In this document: piece by piece, positions 10,997-22,519 of the stretch
Numbering within the stretch: the first letter of the stretch is position 1
Layout: the number at the start of each line of letters is the position of its first letter
DNA from: Candidatus Eiseniibacteriota bacterium
GTDB taxonomy: Bacteria; Eisenbacteria; RBG-16-71-46; CAIMUX01; VGJL01
NCBI GenBank assembly: GCA_041946735.1
Contig: JBHGAY010000012.1
Coordinates: forward strand, 1-64,000
Length of the DNA stretch: 64,000 nucleotides
Direction of reading: 5' to 3'
Translations under genes and position numbers: made by a program
The notes under the pieces: generated by a model
What the model saw: only the letters and a program-made list of their open reading frames with translations
Database searches by the model: none
Told to the model about the DNA's origin: nothing

Positions 10997-12096
10997 CGTC
11001 CCTTGCCCAACAGCTCCTTGATGGAGTCGTAGATCTTTTCCTTGTTCGAGATGTCGGAGAGAACGAGGTTCTCCTTGCCCTTGAAATGTGAGCCGAGGTC
11101 CTTCAGGAACTGCCCGCTTCCGTAGGGCGACTCCACCTGGCCGTACGCGAACAGGTTGACGACCGGGAGGATCTGCTCGTCGAGCAGCTGGAGACAGATC
11201 TCCGTGTCCCCTGAACCCCAGTTGTCGCCGTCGGAGAAGTGGAAGGAGTAGATGTTCCAGTCCGCCTGGGGATATTCCTCGACGAGGATCTTGTGGAGGA
11301 GTTGGTAGGCGGAGGAGATCTTCGTCCCGCCGCTCTCCCTCAGGTGGAAGAATGTCTCGCGGTCGACTTCACGCGCGGCCGCGTCGTGGACGATGTAGCG
11401 GAAGTCGACGTCGCGATACTGGTAGCGGAGCCATGTGTCGATCCAGAAACTCTCGATGCGCACGATCTCTTTCTGCTCGTCCCCCATTGACCCGGAGACG
11501 TCCATCAGATAGAAGATCACCGCGTTCGCGCGCGGCTGCGTCGAGGGCTTCCATGACTTGTAGAGCTTGTCCTCCTTCACCGGGATGATGACCGGATTGC
11601 GCGGATCGTACGTCCCGGAGGCGATCTGCCGCTTCAGCGCGCGGCGGAAGGTCCGCTTCACATGGCGGAGCGACTCGGGACCGGAGGAGCGGATCCCCGT
11701 ATACCGATCCTTCGACTCGGGCAGATCGCGCGATCCGCGCGGCTGGATGTTCGGCAGCTCCAGCTCCTCGCCGAGGATCTGGGCGAGCTCCTCGAGCGTG
11801 ACGTCGACCTCGAGAAGGTGCTGGCCCGGCTGGTCTCCGGCCGAGCCGCTCCCCTCCCCTTCCTGCCCGTCGGCCGGATCGCCCGGCTTGCCGGGGCCCT
11901 GGCCGACGCCACCGCCCTGGTTCCTGCCATGGCGGAAATGGGGGATCTCGATCTGGGGGACCGGGATCGAGATCAAGCGGTCCCCCTGACGGCCGATCAA
12001 CTCTTCCTTGGTGATGTACTTCCGGAAGTCCTGCTTGATCCGGCCCTTGACGATCTCCTTGAACCGGTTGTGGTCCCGTTCGATGCGTAGAACCAT
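10993..12096 (-). CDS. yeaH: DUF444 YeaH/YhbH family protein (vWA-like)
   Basis: [31 protein letters not shown]; lies between prkA and spoVR. Confidence 0.93.
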   Translation of the reverse strand: MVLRIERDHNRFKEIVKGRIKQDFRKYITKEELIGRQGDRLISIPVPQIEIPHFRHGRNQGGGVGQGPGKPGDPADGQEGEGSGSAGDQPGQHLLEVDVTLEELAQILGEELELPNIQPRGSRDLPESKDRYTGIRSSGPESLRHVKRTFRRALKRQIASGTYDPRNPVIIPVKEDKLYKSWKPSTQPRANAVIFYLMDVSGSMGDEQKEIVRIESFWIDTWLRYQYRDVDFRYIVHDAAAREVDRETFFHLRESGGTKISSAYQLLHKILVEEYPQADWNIYSFHFSDGDNWGSGDTEICLQLLDEQILPVVNLFAYGQVESPYGSGQFLKDLGSHFKGKENLVLSDISNKEKIYDSIKELLGKGR

Positions 12097-12127
12097 CTGC
12101 CCCCCGTTCGGAGCTTGAAGGCGAAGA

Positions 12128-14206
<2,079 letters not shown>

Positions 14207-14244
14207 GCGTTCCCCCTTTTTCCAGACGAAGGCTCGTCAATTCG

Positions 14245-14274
14245 ATTCTGCTCAATCCTGTTCGGGACGGTCAA
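14245..14274 (-). promoter_or_regulatory. Putative sigma70 promoter for the prkA operon
   Basis: TTGACC-N18-CAGAAT on the minus strand. Confidence 0.45.
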
Positions 14275-14376
14275 CGTCGCAGTTCAGTATGGCGATCGTC
14301 CTCACGGCGGGCCGGTGCCGCGGCCGGACGCTCGAGACGCCGCCTCGAGCGCCTCGCGCGCGTCACGCGGGCTCGA

Positions 14377-14405
14377 TTGAGCCGGTCGGATCGCTGTGCT
14401 AGGCT
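14377..14405 (+). promoter_or_regulatory. Putative sigma70 promoter for the ruvB operon
   Basis: TTGAGC-N17-TAGGCT with TGn extension. Confidence 0.55.
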
Positions 14406-14450
14406 TCCCGATCGGCTGCTGACGGCAGAGGAGGGAGAGGGAGGGAAAGC

Positions 14451-15470
14451 GTGTCGCGTTCGCCGTTGATGGATCCGATCGCCCAGGAGCAGGAGACCGC
14501 GTTCGAGGGAAGCTTGCGGCCTCGCCGGCTCGCCGATTTCGTGGGGCAGGATCGGCTTCGCGAGAACCTGGGCGTGCTGGTGCGCGCCGCGCGGATGCGC
14601 TCCGAGCCGCTGGATCACGTTCTGTTCACGGGACCGCCGGGGCTCGGCAAGACCACCCTCGCCCTGCTGCTGTCGCACGAGATGGAGACCGAGATCCGCT
14701 GCACGAGTGGACCGGCTCTGGAGCGCGCCGGCGACCTCGCCGGCCTCCTCACCTCACTCCCTCCCGGGGGGATCCTCTTCGTCGACGAGATCCACAGGCT
14801 CCATCGTACGATCGAGGAGTACCTGTACCCCGCCATGGAGGATTTCCGGCTCGACATCGTCCTCGATCGCGGACCCGGCGCCCGCTCGGTCCGCCTCCAT
14901 CTCGAACCGTTCACGTTGATCGGGGCGACGACGCGCGCCGGCCGCTTGAGCGCTCCGCTGCGCGCCCGTTTCGGATTCCACGGCCGGGTCGACTACTACG
15001 CGCCCGAGGAGTTGGAGAGCATCCTCGCGCGCTCCGCGGGGATCCTGAACGTCTCGATCGAGGGAGAGGCGACAGCGGAGATCGCCCGGCGATCGCGGGG
15101 CACTCCCCGAATCGCGAACCGGCTGCTACGCCGCGTGCGCGACTTCGCCATGGTCGACGGGGTCGGCCGGATCGGGAGGACCCTCGCCGCTCAAACGCTC
15201 GAGCGGCTCGAAATCGACGAGAGCGGGCTCGACGAGATGGATCGGCGAATTCTGGACGCCCTGATCCACAAGTTCCAGGGACGCCCGGTGGGGCTCTCGA
15301 CGCTCGCGACGAGCGTCGGCGAGGAGCCGGACACGCTCGAGGAGGTGCACGAGCCGTTCCTGATCCAGCAAGGGCTGCTCGAGCGAACGCGGCTCGGCCG
15401 GCAAGCGACGCCTCGCGGGTACGCGCTGCTCGGCGTCGGCGCCCCTCCCGCCGACGGCCGCCTCTTTTGA
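14451..15470 (+). CDS. ruvB: Holliday junction branch migration helicase RuvB
   Basis: LRP..L.DFVGQ, GPPGLGKTTLA, FVDEIHRL, GATTRAG, RGTPRIANRLLRRVRD. Confidence 0.98.
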   Translation: MSRSPLMDPIAQEQETAFEGSLRPRRLADFVGQDRLRENLGVLVRAARMRSEPLDHVLFTGPPGLGKTTLALLLSHEMETEIRCTSGPALERAGDLAGLLTSLPPGGILFVDEIHRLHRTIEEYLYPAMEDFRLDIVLDRGPGARSVRLHLEPFTLIGATTRAGRLSAPLRARFGFHGRVDYYAPEELESILARSAGILNVSIEGEATAEIARRSRGTPRIANRLLRRVRDFAMVDGVGRIGRTLAAQTLERLEIDESGLDEMDRRILDALIHKFQGRPVGLSTLATSVGEEPDTLEEVHEPFLIQQGLLERTRLGRQATPRGYALLGVGAPPADGRLF

Positions 15471-15495
15471 CGGGGCGACAGGACCGGCCGTTCCG

Positions 15496-15714
15496 ATGGA
15501 TCGATCGCTTTCCCGCCTGTTGATCCTCGCGGGGCTCTTCCTCGTCGTCCTCGGGCTCGCGGTCCGCGTGGCTCCGAAGATCCCGTGGATCGGCCGGCTT
15601 CCGGGGGACCTCCGGATCTCGAAGCCTGGGTTCACGCTCTACCTGCCGATCGTCACCTGCCTGCTCCTCTCGCTGCTGCTGACGCTGCTGCTCAGCTTCT
15701 GGAATCGCCGGTGA
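15496..15714 (+). CDS. DUF2905 family membrane protein
   Basis: GRLPGDLRI...YLPIVTCLLLSLLLT; typical ruvB-queA position. Confidence 0.88.
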   Translation: MDRSLSRLLILAGLFLVVLGLAVRVAPKIPWIGRLPGDLRISKPGFTLYLPIVTCLLLSLLLTLLLSFWNRR

Positions 15715-16853
15715 GCGAGGGGATCGCGAGGGGCGGCGCGGGCCGCGATCCGGTGCGGCGCTCTTCGGTCGCCGGGGATGCCGCGGCCGGCCCGCCGGCC
15801 GGCCCGGCGGCCGGCGCAGCCGCCGATCACGATCCTGCCGCCTACGACTACCACCTGCCCGAAGACCGGATCGCGCGGAGGCCCGCGCGGCCCCGGGACG
15901 CGTCGCGCCTGCTCGTGCTCGATCGGAGCAGCGGCTCGCTCCAGGATCGCCGGGTCCGCGACCTTCCCGAGATTCTCGCCCCGCACGATCTGATCGTCGT
16001 CAACGAGACGCGGGTCGTGCCGGCGCGGATCGACGCGTGGCACGAGCGGCTCGGCCGGGAGGCGGAGTTGTTGTTGATCCGCGAAACGCGACCGGGCGCC
16101 TGGCTCGCTTGGGCGAAGCCGGCGCGCCGGATGCGGCCAGGCGATCTGCTGCGATTCCGCGGCTCCGGCGCGGTCGCCCGCGTCGTCGAGCGCATCGAGG
16201 AGTCAGTGGTCCTCGAGATCGAGGGGGATGTCGCGGCGCTTCTCGCCGATCGGGGGAGGATGCCGATCCCTCCCTACATCGGCCGGCCCGACGACGCGCT
16301 CGACCGCCAGGACTACCAGACCGTCTACGCTCGCGTCCCCGGAGCCGTGGCCGCTCCGACCGCCGGGCTCCATTTCACGCCCGAGCTTCTCGATCGTCTC
16401 GCCGCCGCGCGGATCGCGACGGCGCGTGTGGTGCTGCATGTCGGTCCGGGGACTTTCCGCCCGGTGCGGGCGGCGGACTTGCGGGAGCATCGCGTGGAGG
16501 CGGAACGGTATGCCGTCCCGCCCGACGCGGCGTCGGCGATCGCGCGGGCGAAGGAGGCGGGGCGGCGCGTGGTCGCGGTGGGGACGACGACCACGCGCGC
16601 GCTGGAGACATGGGGGCGCGAGGCGCCCGGCCGCGACCGGCCGGCGGAAGGGTCCACGGATCTCACGATCGTGCCCCCATTTTCCTTTGGCGTCGTCGAC
16701 GCGCTTCTCACGAACTTCCACCTTCCGCGTTCGAGCCTGCTCGTGCTCGTCGCCGCCTTTGCCGGGCGCGCGGCGATCCTCGCCGCCTACGAAGAGGCGG
16801 TCCGGCGCGGCTATCGCTTCTACTCCTACGGCGACGCGATGTTGATCCTCTGA
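15711..16853 (+). CDS. queA: S-adenosylmethionine:tRNA ribosyltransferase-isomerase
   Basis: YDYHLP, YQTVYA, AAPTAGLHF, LHVGPGTF, TNFHLPRSSL, YRFYSYGDAM; start uncertain (GTGA overlap assumed). Confidence 0.95.
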   Translation: MSEGIARGGAGRDPVRRSSVAGDAAAGPPAGPAAGAAADHDPAAYDYHLPEDRIARRPARPRDASRLLVLDRSSGSLQDRRVRDLPEILAPHDLIVVNETRVVPARIDAWHERLGREAELLLIRETRPGAWLAWAKPARRMRPGDLLRFRGSGAVARVVERIEESVVLEIEGDVAALLADRGRMPIPPYIGRPDDALDRQDYQTVYARVPGAVAAPTAGLHFTPELLDRLAAARIATARVVLHVGPGTFRPVRAADLREHRVEAERYAVPPDAASAIARAKEAGRRVVAVGTTTTRALETWGREAPGRDRPAEGSTDLTIVPPFSFGVVDALLTNFHLPRSSLLVLVAAFAGRAAILAAYEEAVRRGYRFYSYGDAMLIL

Positions 16854-18013
16854 TGCGCTTCGATCTCCTCGCGACGCCGCCGGACACGAGCGGCCGGCTC
16901 GGAAGGCTCTCGGTCGGCCACTTGGACGCCGAGACGCCGGCGTTCATGCCGATCGGCACGCGCGCGAGCGTCAAGACGCTGGCGTCGTGGGACCTCGAGG
17001 AGATGGGGGCGCAGATCCTCCTCGCGAACACCTATCATCTGCATCAGCGCCCGGGGCCGGAGACGATCCGCCGGCTCGGCGGGCTCCATCGCTTCATGAG
17101 CTGGCCGCGCGGCATCCTGACCGACAGCGGCGGATTCCAGGTCTTCAGCCTCGCCAGGCTGCGGAAGATCGAGCGGGAAGGGGTGCGCTTCCGCTCCCAC
17201 ATCGACGGCAGCCTTCACTTCTTCACGCCGGAGCTGTCGATGGAGGTGCAGGAGGCGTTGGGCAGCGACGTCGCGATGGCCTTCGACATCTGCACCCCCT
17301 ACCCCTGCGCGCGCGACGACGCGGCGCGACAGATGGAGAGGACGATCGAGTGGGCGGCACGCTCGCGCCGGCGCTTCGAGGAGGGGAGGCCGGAAGGATC
17401 CCGCGCGCTCTTCGGCATCGTGCAGGGAGGGACCCACGAGGACCTCCGCTCGGCTTGCGCGCAGGCGCTCGTCGCGATCGGTTTCGAGGGGTATGCGCTC
17501 GGCGGGCTTGCCGTCGGAGAGCCGGAGGAGGAGCGCTTCCGCATCGTCGCGCGCGGAGACCTCGACCTCCCGCGGGACCGTCCCCGCTACCTGATGGGGG
17601 TCGGGCGCCCGGAGGAGATCGTCGAGGCGGTCCACCGGGGGATCGACATGTTCGACTGCGTCCTGCCGACCCGAGGGGCAAGGCACGGCACCGTCTATAC
17701 CTTCGACGGGCGCTACTCGATCAAGGCGAAGGCGTTTGCGGAGGACGAGGGGCCGCTCGAGAGCGGCTGCGACTGCCGGCCGTGCCGCACCGTCAGCCGG
17801 GCGTACGTGCGACATCTCTTCCAGGTCGGGGAGTTCCTCGGTCCTCGCCTGGTCAGCCACCACAACGTGCGGATGTATCTGCGTTTGATGGAGGCGATCC
17901 GGGAATCGCTACGGAAAGGATGCTTCGGCTCGTTCCGCCGGGTTACCCTGGCGAGGTTGGCGAGCGTACCGGGGGAGGCCCGGGGAGCACCCGGGGCAAA
18001 GGAGGAGGGATGA
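16853..18013 (+). CDS. tgt: Queuine tRNA-ribosyltransferase
   Basis: TPAFMPIGT, ANTYHL, LTDSGGFQVFSL, GIVQGG, GGLAVGE, DMFDCVLPTR, CDCRPC zinc site. Confidence 0.97.
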   Translation: MRFDLLATPPDTSGRLGRLSVGHLDAETPAFMPIGTRASVKTLASWDLEEMGAQILLANTYHLHQRPGPETIRRLGGLHRFMSWPRGILTDSGGFQVFSLARLRKIEREGVRFRSHIDGSLHFFTPELSMEVQEALGSDVAMAFDICTPYPCARDDAARQMERTIEWAARSRRRFEEGRPEGSRALFGIVQGGTHEDLRSACAQALVAIGFEGYALGGLAVGEPEEERFRIVARGDLDLPRDRPRYLMGVGRPEEIVEAVHRGIDMFDCVLPTRGARHGTVYTFDGRYSIKAKAFAEDEGPLESGCDCRPCRTVSRAYVRHLFQVGEFLGPRLVSHHNVRMYLRLMEAIRESLRKGCFGSFRRVTLARLASVPGEARGAPGAKEEG

Positions 18014-18351
18014 TGGAACACTGGCTGGTCGGGATCGCAGAGGCGCAGGCGCCGGCGGGGGGACGGGGAGCGGGAGGCGGGTCGTCGCAGTTCGTCAGCA
18101 CGCTGTTCATCCTCGGCTCCTTCATTCTGATCTTCTACTTCCTGTTGATCCGCCCGCAGCAGAAGAGGCAGCGGGAGATGCAGAAGATGCTCGGCGCGCT
18201 GAAGCGCGGCGACCGCGTCCTGACCAGCGGCGGACTTTACGGAACCGTCTGGGACGTGAAGGACGATCTCGTCGTGCTGAAGCTGACCGAGGAGCTGAAG
18301 GTCGAGGTCGCGAAGTCCGCGGTGCAAGCGGTCGTTGCGCCCACTCGCTAG
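18010..18351 (+). CDS. yajC: Preprotein translocase subunit YajC
   Basis: FYFLLIRPQQKR, LKRGDRVLTSGGLYG. Confidence 0.95.
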   Translation: MMEHWLVGIAEAQAPAGGRGAGGGSSQFVSTLFILGSFILIFYFLLIRPQQKRQREMQKMLGALKRGDRVLTSGGLYGTVWDVKDDLVVLKLTEELKVEVAKSAVQAVVAPTR

Positions 18352-18372
18352 ATTCCCGCGGGGAATCCTCGC

Positions 18373-19302
18373 TTGCGCGTCCTGTTCCTAGGAACGCCGG
18401 ATTTCGCCGTCCCCTCGCTCGACGCGCTGCTGCGCGGCCCGGACGAGGTCGCGGCGGTCGTGACTCCTCCCGACCGGCCGAGCGGTCGCGGGCGGCGGCT
18501 CGAACGCCCCGCCGTCGCGCGGCGCGCCAAGGAGCGCGGGGTGCCGTTGCTCCAGCCGGAGCGGCTGCACTCGCCCGAGACGCTTGCGATTCTCCGCGAC
18601 CTCGGGATCGACCTCGCAGTGACGTGCGCTTTCGGCCGGCTGTTGCGACAGAGCCTCCTCGATCTGCCACGCCTCGGGTGCCTCAACGTCCACGCCTCGC
18701 TCCTCCCACGCCATCGCGGGGCCGCGCCGATCCCGCGCGCGATCCTCGAAGGGGACGGCTGGACCGGCATCACGATCTTCCGCCTCGACGCGGGGATGGA
18801 CACCGGCCCGATCCTGTTGCAGAGGATGGAGCCGATCGGGCGCGACGATACGACAGGAAGCCTGACGGCGCGCCTCGCGACGCTCGGGGGCGAAGCGCTG
18901 CGCGAGGCGTGCGACCGGCTGCGCGACGGCACGGCGGCCTTCCGTCCACAGGAGGAGGAACGCGCGACCTATGCCCCGACGCTCGCGAAGGAGGACGGTC
19001 GCTGCTCGTTCTCGCGTCCCGCCGATCAGGTCGATCGCTTCGTGCGGGCGATGCATCCTTGGCCGGGGGCGACCTGCCGCTTCCGCGCGGAGCCGCTGAA
19101 GATCCTCCACGTCGAGCCGCTCGATCTCGTCCCGCGGGACGATCCGCCGGGGACCTTCCTGCCGGGCGCCGAGCCGGTCGTCGCCGCCCGCCCGGGGCGC
19201 GTGCGGCTGCGGGTCGTCCAGCCGGCCGGGAAGAAGGAAATGGACGCGGCGTCCTGGGCGCGCGGGGCGAGGATCGAGCCCGGCGAGCGGCTCGACGGAT
19301 GA
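18373..19302 (+). CDS. fmt: Methionyl-tRNA formyltransferase
   Basis: FLGTPDFAV, PDRPSGRG, NVHASLLPRHRGAAPI, GMDTGP; TTG start. Confidence 0.96.
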   Translation: MRVLFLGTPDFAVPSLDALLRGPDEVAAVVTPPDRPSGRGRRLERPAVARRAKERGVPLLQPERLHSPETLAILRDLGIDLAVTCAFGRLLRQSLLDLPRLGCLNVHASLLPRHRGAAPIPRAILEGDGWTGITIFRLDAGMDTGPILLQRMEPIGRDDTTGSLTARLATLGGEALREACDRLRDGTAAFRPQEEERATYAPTLAKEDGRCSFSRPADQVDRFVRAMHPWPGATCRFRAEPLKILHVEPLDLVPRDDPPGTFLPGAEPVVAARPGRVRLRVVQPAGKKEMDAASWARGARIEPGERLDG

Positions 19303-20693
19303 GGCGCGGCCCCCGCAGTCCCGAGTCGGTCTCGACTGGCCGCTCCCCGCGCGATGTCGATCCGGTGCGGATGGCGGCGTTCGGGATTCTCATGCGCCTG
19401 GAGTCGAGGCGGGGCTCCATCGAAGGAGCGCTTCGCGCGGCCGCTTCGTCCTTCGAGGACCGCGACCGCCGCTTCCTCTGGACGCTCGTGCAGGAGACGA
19501 TCCGGTGGAAGGCGCGGCTCGACGCGCTTCTCGCGCCGCTGCTGCACCGTCCGCTTGCGAAGCTCGACCCGCCCGTGCGCGTGTTGTTGCGGATGGCCGC
19601 GACGCAGGCCTGCCTCCTCGACCAGATCCCGGCGCATGCGATCGTCGACGAAGGGGTGCGGCTCGCGGCGAAGATGGCGCGCCCGGGCGCCGAGAAGATG
19701 GTGAACGCGGTCAGCCGCCGCCTGATCGCCGACGGCCCGGTGCGCTGGGCTCATCTGGCGCCCGGCGAAGACCCGGCGAGCTGGCCGGTCGGGACCAGCC
19801 ATCCGTCGTGGCTCGTGGCGCGCTGGCGAAGCCGTTGGGGGAATGCGGACGCCTTCGCCTCGCTCCTTTGGGACAACACGCGTGCGCCGGTCTGGCTGCG
19901 CGCCGCTCCCGGCGCGCCGCCTCCCGCGGGCGGGCAGCCGGGTTGGGTGCCGGGGACCTACCGCATGAGCGAGGAGTACCGGCCGGCCGAAGATCCGCTG
20001 TTCCAGGAAGGGGCGTACACGGCGCAGGACCCGAGCGAGGCGCTGGTCGGCCTGCTCCCTCCGGCGCCTTCGGATGCCGGTGCCGGCGCCGATGATGGAG
20101 CGGAGGATGGCGCCGATGATGGCGCCCCGATCCTCGATCTGTGCGCGGCGCCGGGGACGAAGACCACCCATCTTTCCTCCCGCTTCGGCGCGCGCGTCGT
20201 CGCGATGGACCGCACGCGCAATCGTGCGCAGCGGCTCCGCGAGACGCTCGCCCGCACGCGCCTTGCCTGCCCGATCCTGATCGGCGATGCGAGCCGGCCG
20301 CCGCTCCGGCCGTCGAGCGCCGCGGGGGTGCTCCTCGACGCTCCGTGCAGCGCGCTTGGCGTCCTGCGCCGCAGGGTCGACGCGCGTTGGAACGTCCGGG
20401 AGGAGGATCTGCGGCGTCTCGCGAAACAGCAGGAGGGGATGCTCCTGGCGGCCGCGAACCTCGTCGCTCCGGGCGGCTGGCTCCTCTATAGCGTCTGCTC
20501 GACGGAACCGGAGGAGACCGAGCAGGTCCGCGCCTCGTTTCTCGGCGGATCGGGCCTGTTCGAGCCGCTCCCTTTCGCGCTCGATCTCCCCGACGAGGTG
20601 CGGCCGTCGACCGGAGTCTTGCGGATCCGCCCCGGTCAGGCGGAATGTGACGGGGTGTTCGCGTGCCTGTTCCGCAAGACGGGGGGACGATGA
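19299..20693 (+). CDS. rsmB: 16S rRNA m5C methyltransferase RsmB/Sun (NusB-like N-domain)
   Basis: AIVDEGV...VNAVSR, DLCAAPGTKT, LLDAPCS, LYSVCS. Confidence 0.88.
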   Translation: MRRGPRSPESVSTGRSPRDVDPVRMAAFGILMRLESRRGSIEGALRAAASSFEDRDRRFLWTLVQETIRWKARLDALLAPLLHRPLAKLDPPVRVLLRMAATQACLLDQIPAHAIVDEGVRLAAKMARPGAEKMVNAVSRRLIADGPVRWAHLAPGEDPASWPVGTSHPSWLVARWRSRWGNADAFASLLWDNTRAPVWLRAAPGAPPPAGGQPGWVPGTYRMSEEYRPAEDPLFQEGAYTAQDPSEALVGLLPPAPSDAGAGADDGAEDGADDGAPILDLCAAPGTKTTHLSSRFGARVVAMDRTRNRAQRLRETLARTRLACPILIGDASRPPLRPSSAAGVLLDAPCSALGVLRRRVDARWNVREEDLRRLAKQQEGMLLAAANLVAPGGWLLYSVCSTEPEETEQVRASFLGGSGLFEPLPFALDLPDEVRPSTGVLRIRPGQAECDGVFACLFRKTGGR

Positions 20694-21436
20694 AAAGGAT
20701 CGACGACGTCTGGAGGGAGGAAGCCCGGCGGGCGCGGCGCCGGTTCATCGTTCGCGGCCGCATGGTCCCCTTGCTCGGATTGCTGCTCGGCGGACTCCTG
20801 GGGATCGTCCTCTTCGATCGCGTGCTGATGCCGCGGGTCGTGCGCCATGGGTCGGATGCCGAGGTGCCGGGCGTCGTCGGACTGCGGGGGGAGCAGGTCG
20901 CGGAGCGGCTCGAAGACGCGGGGCTCCAGGTCGGACGGATCTCGGAAGTCCGCAATGGCGAGGTCGCCGAGGGGAGCGTCCTCTCGCAGGATCCGCCCGA
21001 GGGAGCGCGCGTTCGCAAAGGACGTCCGGTCAATCTTCTGGTGTCGGGCGGAATCCCGGAGACGACCGTCCCGGACTTGACCGGGATGACCCCCCGGCAT
21101 GCGAAGCTCGAGCTGAATCGAGTCGGTCTCACGGCCGGGGCGGTTCTCTCCCTCCCCTCGGACCTCGCCGCGGAAGGGGAGGTCCTGAGCACGCGACCCG
21201 GGAAGGGGGAGCGTTCGGGCGGGGACGGAACGGTCGATCTGATCGTCTCCGGAGGAGCCCCGGTCGCGGTCTACGTGATGCCCGACCTGCGGGGGAAGGA
21301 TCGCAGCGAGGCGATCCAGACACTCGGATCGGCCGGCATCCGGGTGGCCGGGTACTCGCCCGGCGGCATCGTGAACTGGCAGCAGCCTGCGCCGGGATCG
21401 CCGATCCGGGCGGGGCAGACCGTGCAGCTCGACTGA
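20690..21436 (+). CDS. Membrane-anchored PASTA domain protein
   Basis: One TM helix followed by three VP/MPDL-type PASTA repeats; no kinase domain. Confidence 0.85.
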   Translation: MKRIDDVWREEARRARRRFIVRGRMVPLLGLLLGGLLGIVLFDRVLMPRVVRHGSDAEVPGVVGLRGEQVAERLEDAGLQVGRISEVRNGEVAEGSVLSQDPPEGARVRKGRPVNLLVSGGIPETTVPDLTGMTPRHAKLELNRVGLTAGAVLSLPSDLAAEGEVLSTRPGKGERSGGDGTVDLIVSGGAPVAVYVMPDLRGKDRSEAIQTLGSAGIRVAGYSPGGIVNWQQPAPGSPIRAGQTVQLD

Positions 21437-21608
21437 GCCGAGGCTCTTGCCCGCGCGCCGAGGCCTGTGCCGGCGCTGCGGAGGCTCGTGCCCGCTCTGC
21501 GGTAGTTCGGCGCGTTCGGGCGCTCCACGCCGCGAGGTTGGACGGGATCTGCGCCCTTCGAGTTTCGAATCCTCGAGTCCGGTCGGTCGTCGTCCATGGG
21601 AGGATCCG

Positions 21609-22397
21609 ATGGTGGGATCGGGAGAGCCGCGCAGCGCCGAAGGTGGGCGGGAGGCGTTTCGCTGGGACGCTCTTCGAGGAGAGCGGATCGTCCTGCCCTC
21701 GCTGCTCAGCGCCGACTTCACGCAGCTCGGGCGCGAGATCGAGCGGATGGCAGCCGCCGGAGCGCGGGCTCTGCATCTCGACGTCATGGACGGCCACTTC
21801 GTCCCGAACATCACATTCGGGCCGCCGCTCGTGCGGACGGTGCGGCGCAACACTCCCCTCTGGCTCGACGTCCACCTGATGATCGAGCAGCCGCTCCGGT
21901 ACCTGGAGGCGTTCGCCCGCGCCGGGGCCGACGGAGTCACCGTCCACGTCGAAGCGAACCCCGACTTCGCGGCGCTCCGCGAGGAATGCGACCGGCTCGG
22001 CACCCGGCTCGGCCTCGCGATTCGGCCCGATACGCCCGTCGGGCCGACCCTCCGCCGGCACGGGGAGGCGTTCGATCTGATCCTCGTGATGACCGTCATG
22101 CCCGGGTTCGGCGGGCAGGAGTACAAGGAGGGGTCGGCCGGGCGGATCCGCGAAGCGGCGGAGATCGCCGCGTCCCTGCCGCGGCGGCCGGTGATCGAGG
22201 TGGACGGAGGGATCAAGCCGGGAACGATCGAGGACGCCGCCGGGGGCGGGGCGGCCTGGTTCGTGGCCGGCAACGCGGTCTTCGGCGCCGCCGATCCGGT
22301 GGCGGCATTCCGGGACCTGTCGGCGAGGATCGGCCCGGGCGCAGACGCGGGCAGCCCGGCCGCGGGCGGCCCGGGCGCCCCGAGCGCTTCTGGCTGA
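21609..22397 (+). CDS. rpe: Ribulose-phosphate 3-epimerase
   Basis: PSLLSADF, HLDVMDGHFVPNITFG, DVHLMI, MTVMPGFGGQ, EVDGGI. Confidence 0.95.
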   Translation: MVGSGEPRSAEGGREAFRWDALRGERIVLPSLLSADFTQLGREIERMAAAGARALHLDVMDGHFVPNITFGPPLVRTVRRNTPLWLDVHLMIEQPLRYLEAFARAGADGVTVHVEANPDFAALREECDRLGTRLGLAIRPDTPVGPTLRRHGEAFDLILVMTVMPGFGGQEYKEGSAGRIREAAEIAASLPRRPVIEVDGGIKPGTIEDAAGGGAAWFVAGNAVFGAADPVAAFRDLSARIGPGADAGSPAAGGPGAPSASG

Positions 22398-22445
22398 TCC
22401 CGGCCACCGCGACCGTCCCGCCGTACGGTCCTTTCGGATCGCAGC

Positions 22446-22474
22446 TTGCCCGACCGAATCCACTCTGGTACGGT
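22446..22474 (+). promoter_or_regulatory. Putative sigma70 promoter for the ffh operon
   Basis: TTGCCC-N17-TACGGT with TGn extension. Confidence 0.55.
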
Positions 22475-22519
22475 CGTCATTTCGAGTAGTGTCGACCTGG
22501 TCCAGAGAGGCTTCTTGGC

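Noticed and set aside
16853..18013. Non-canonical (DNA-modifying or salvage-type) TGT
   Set aside because: It has canonical bacterial residues (DxC, GGLAVGE, zinc site) and the standard queA-tgt-yajC context.
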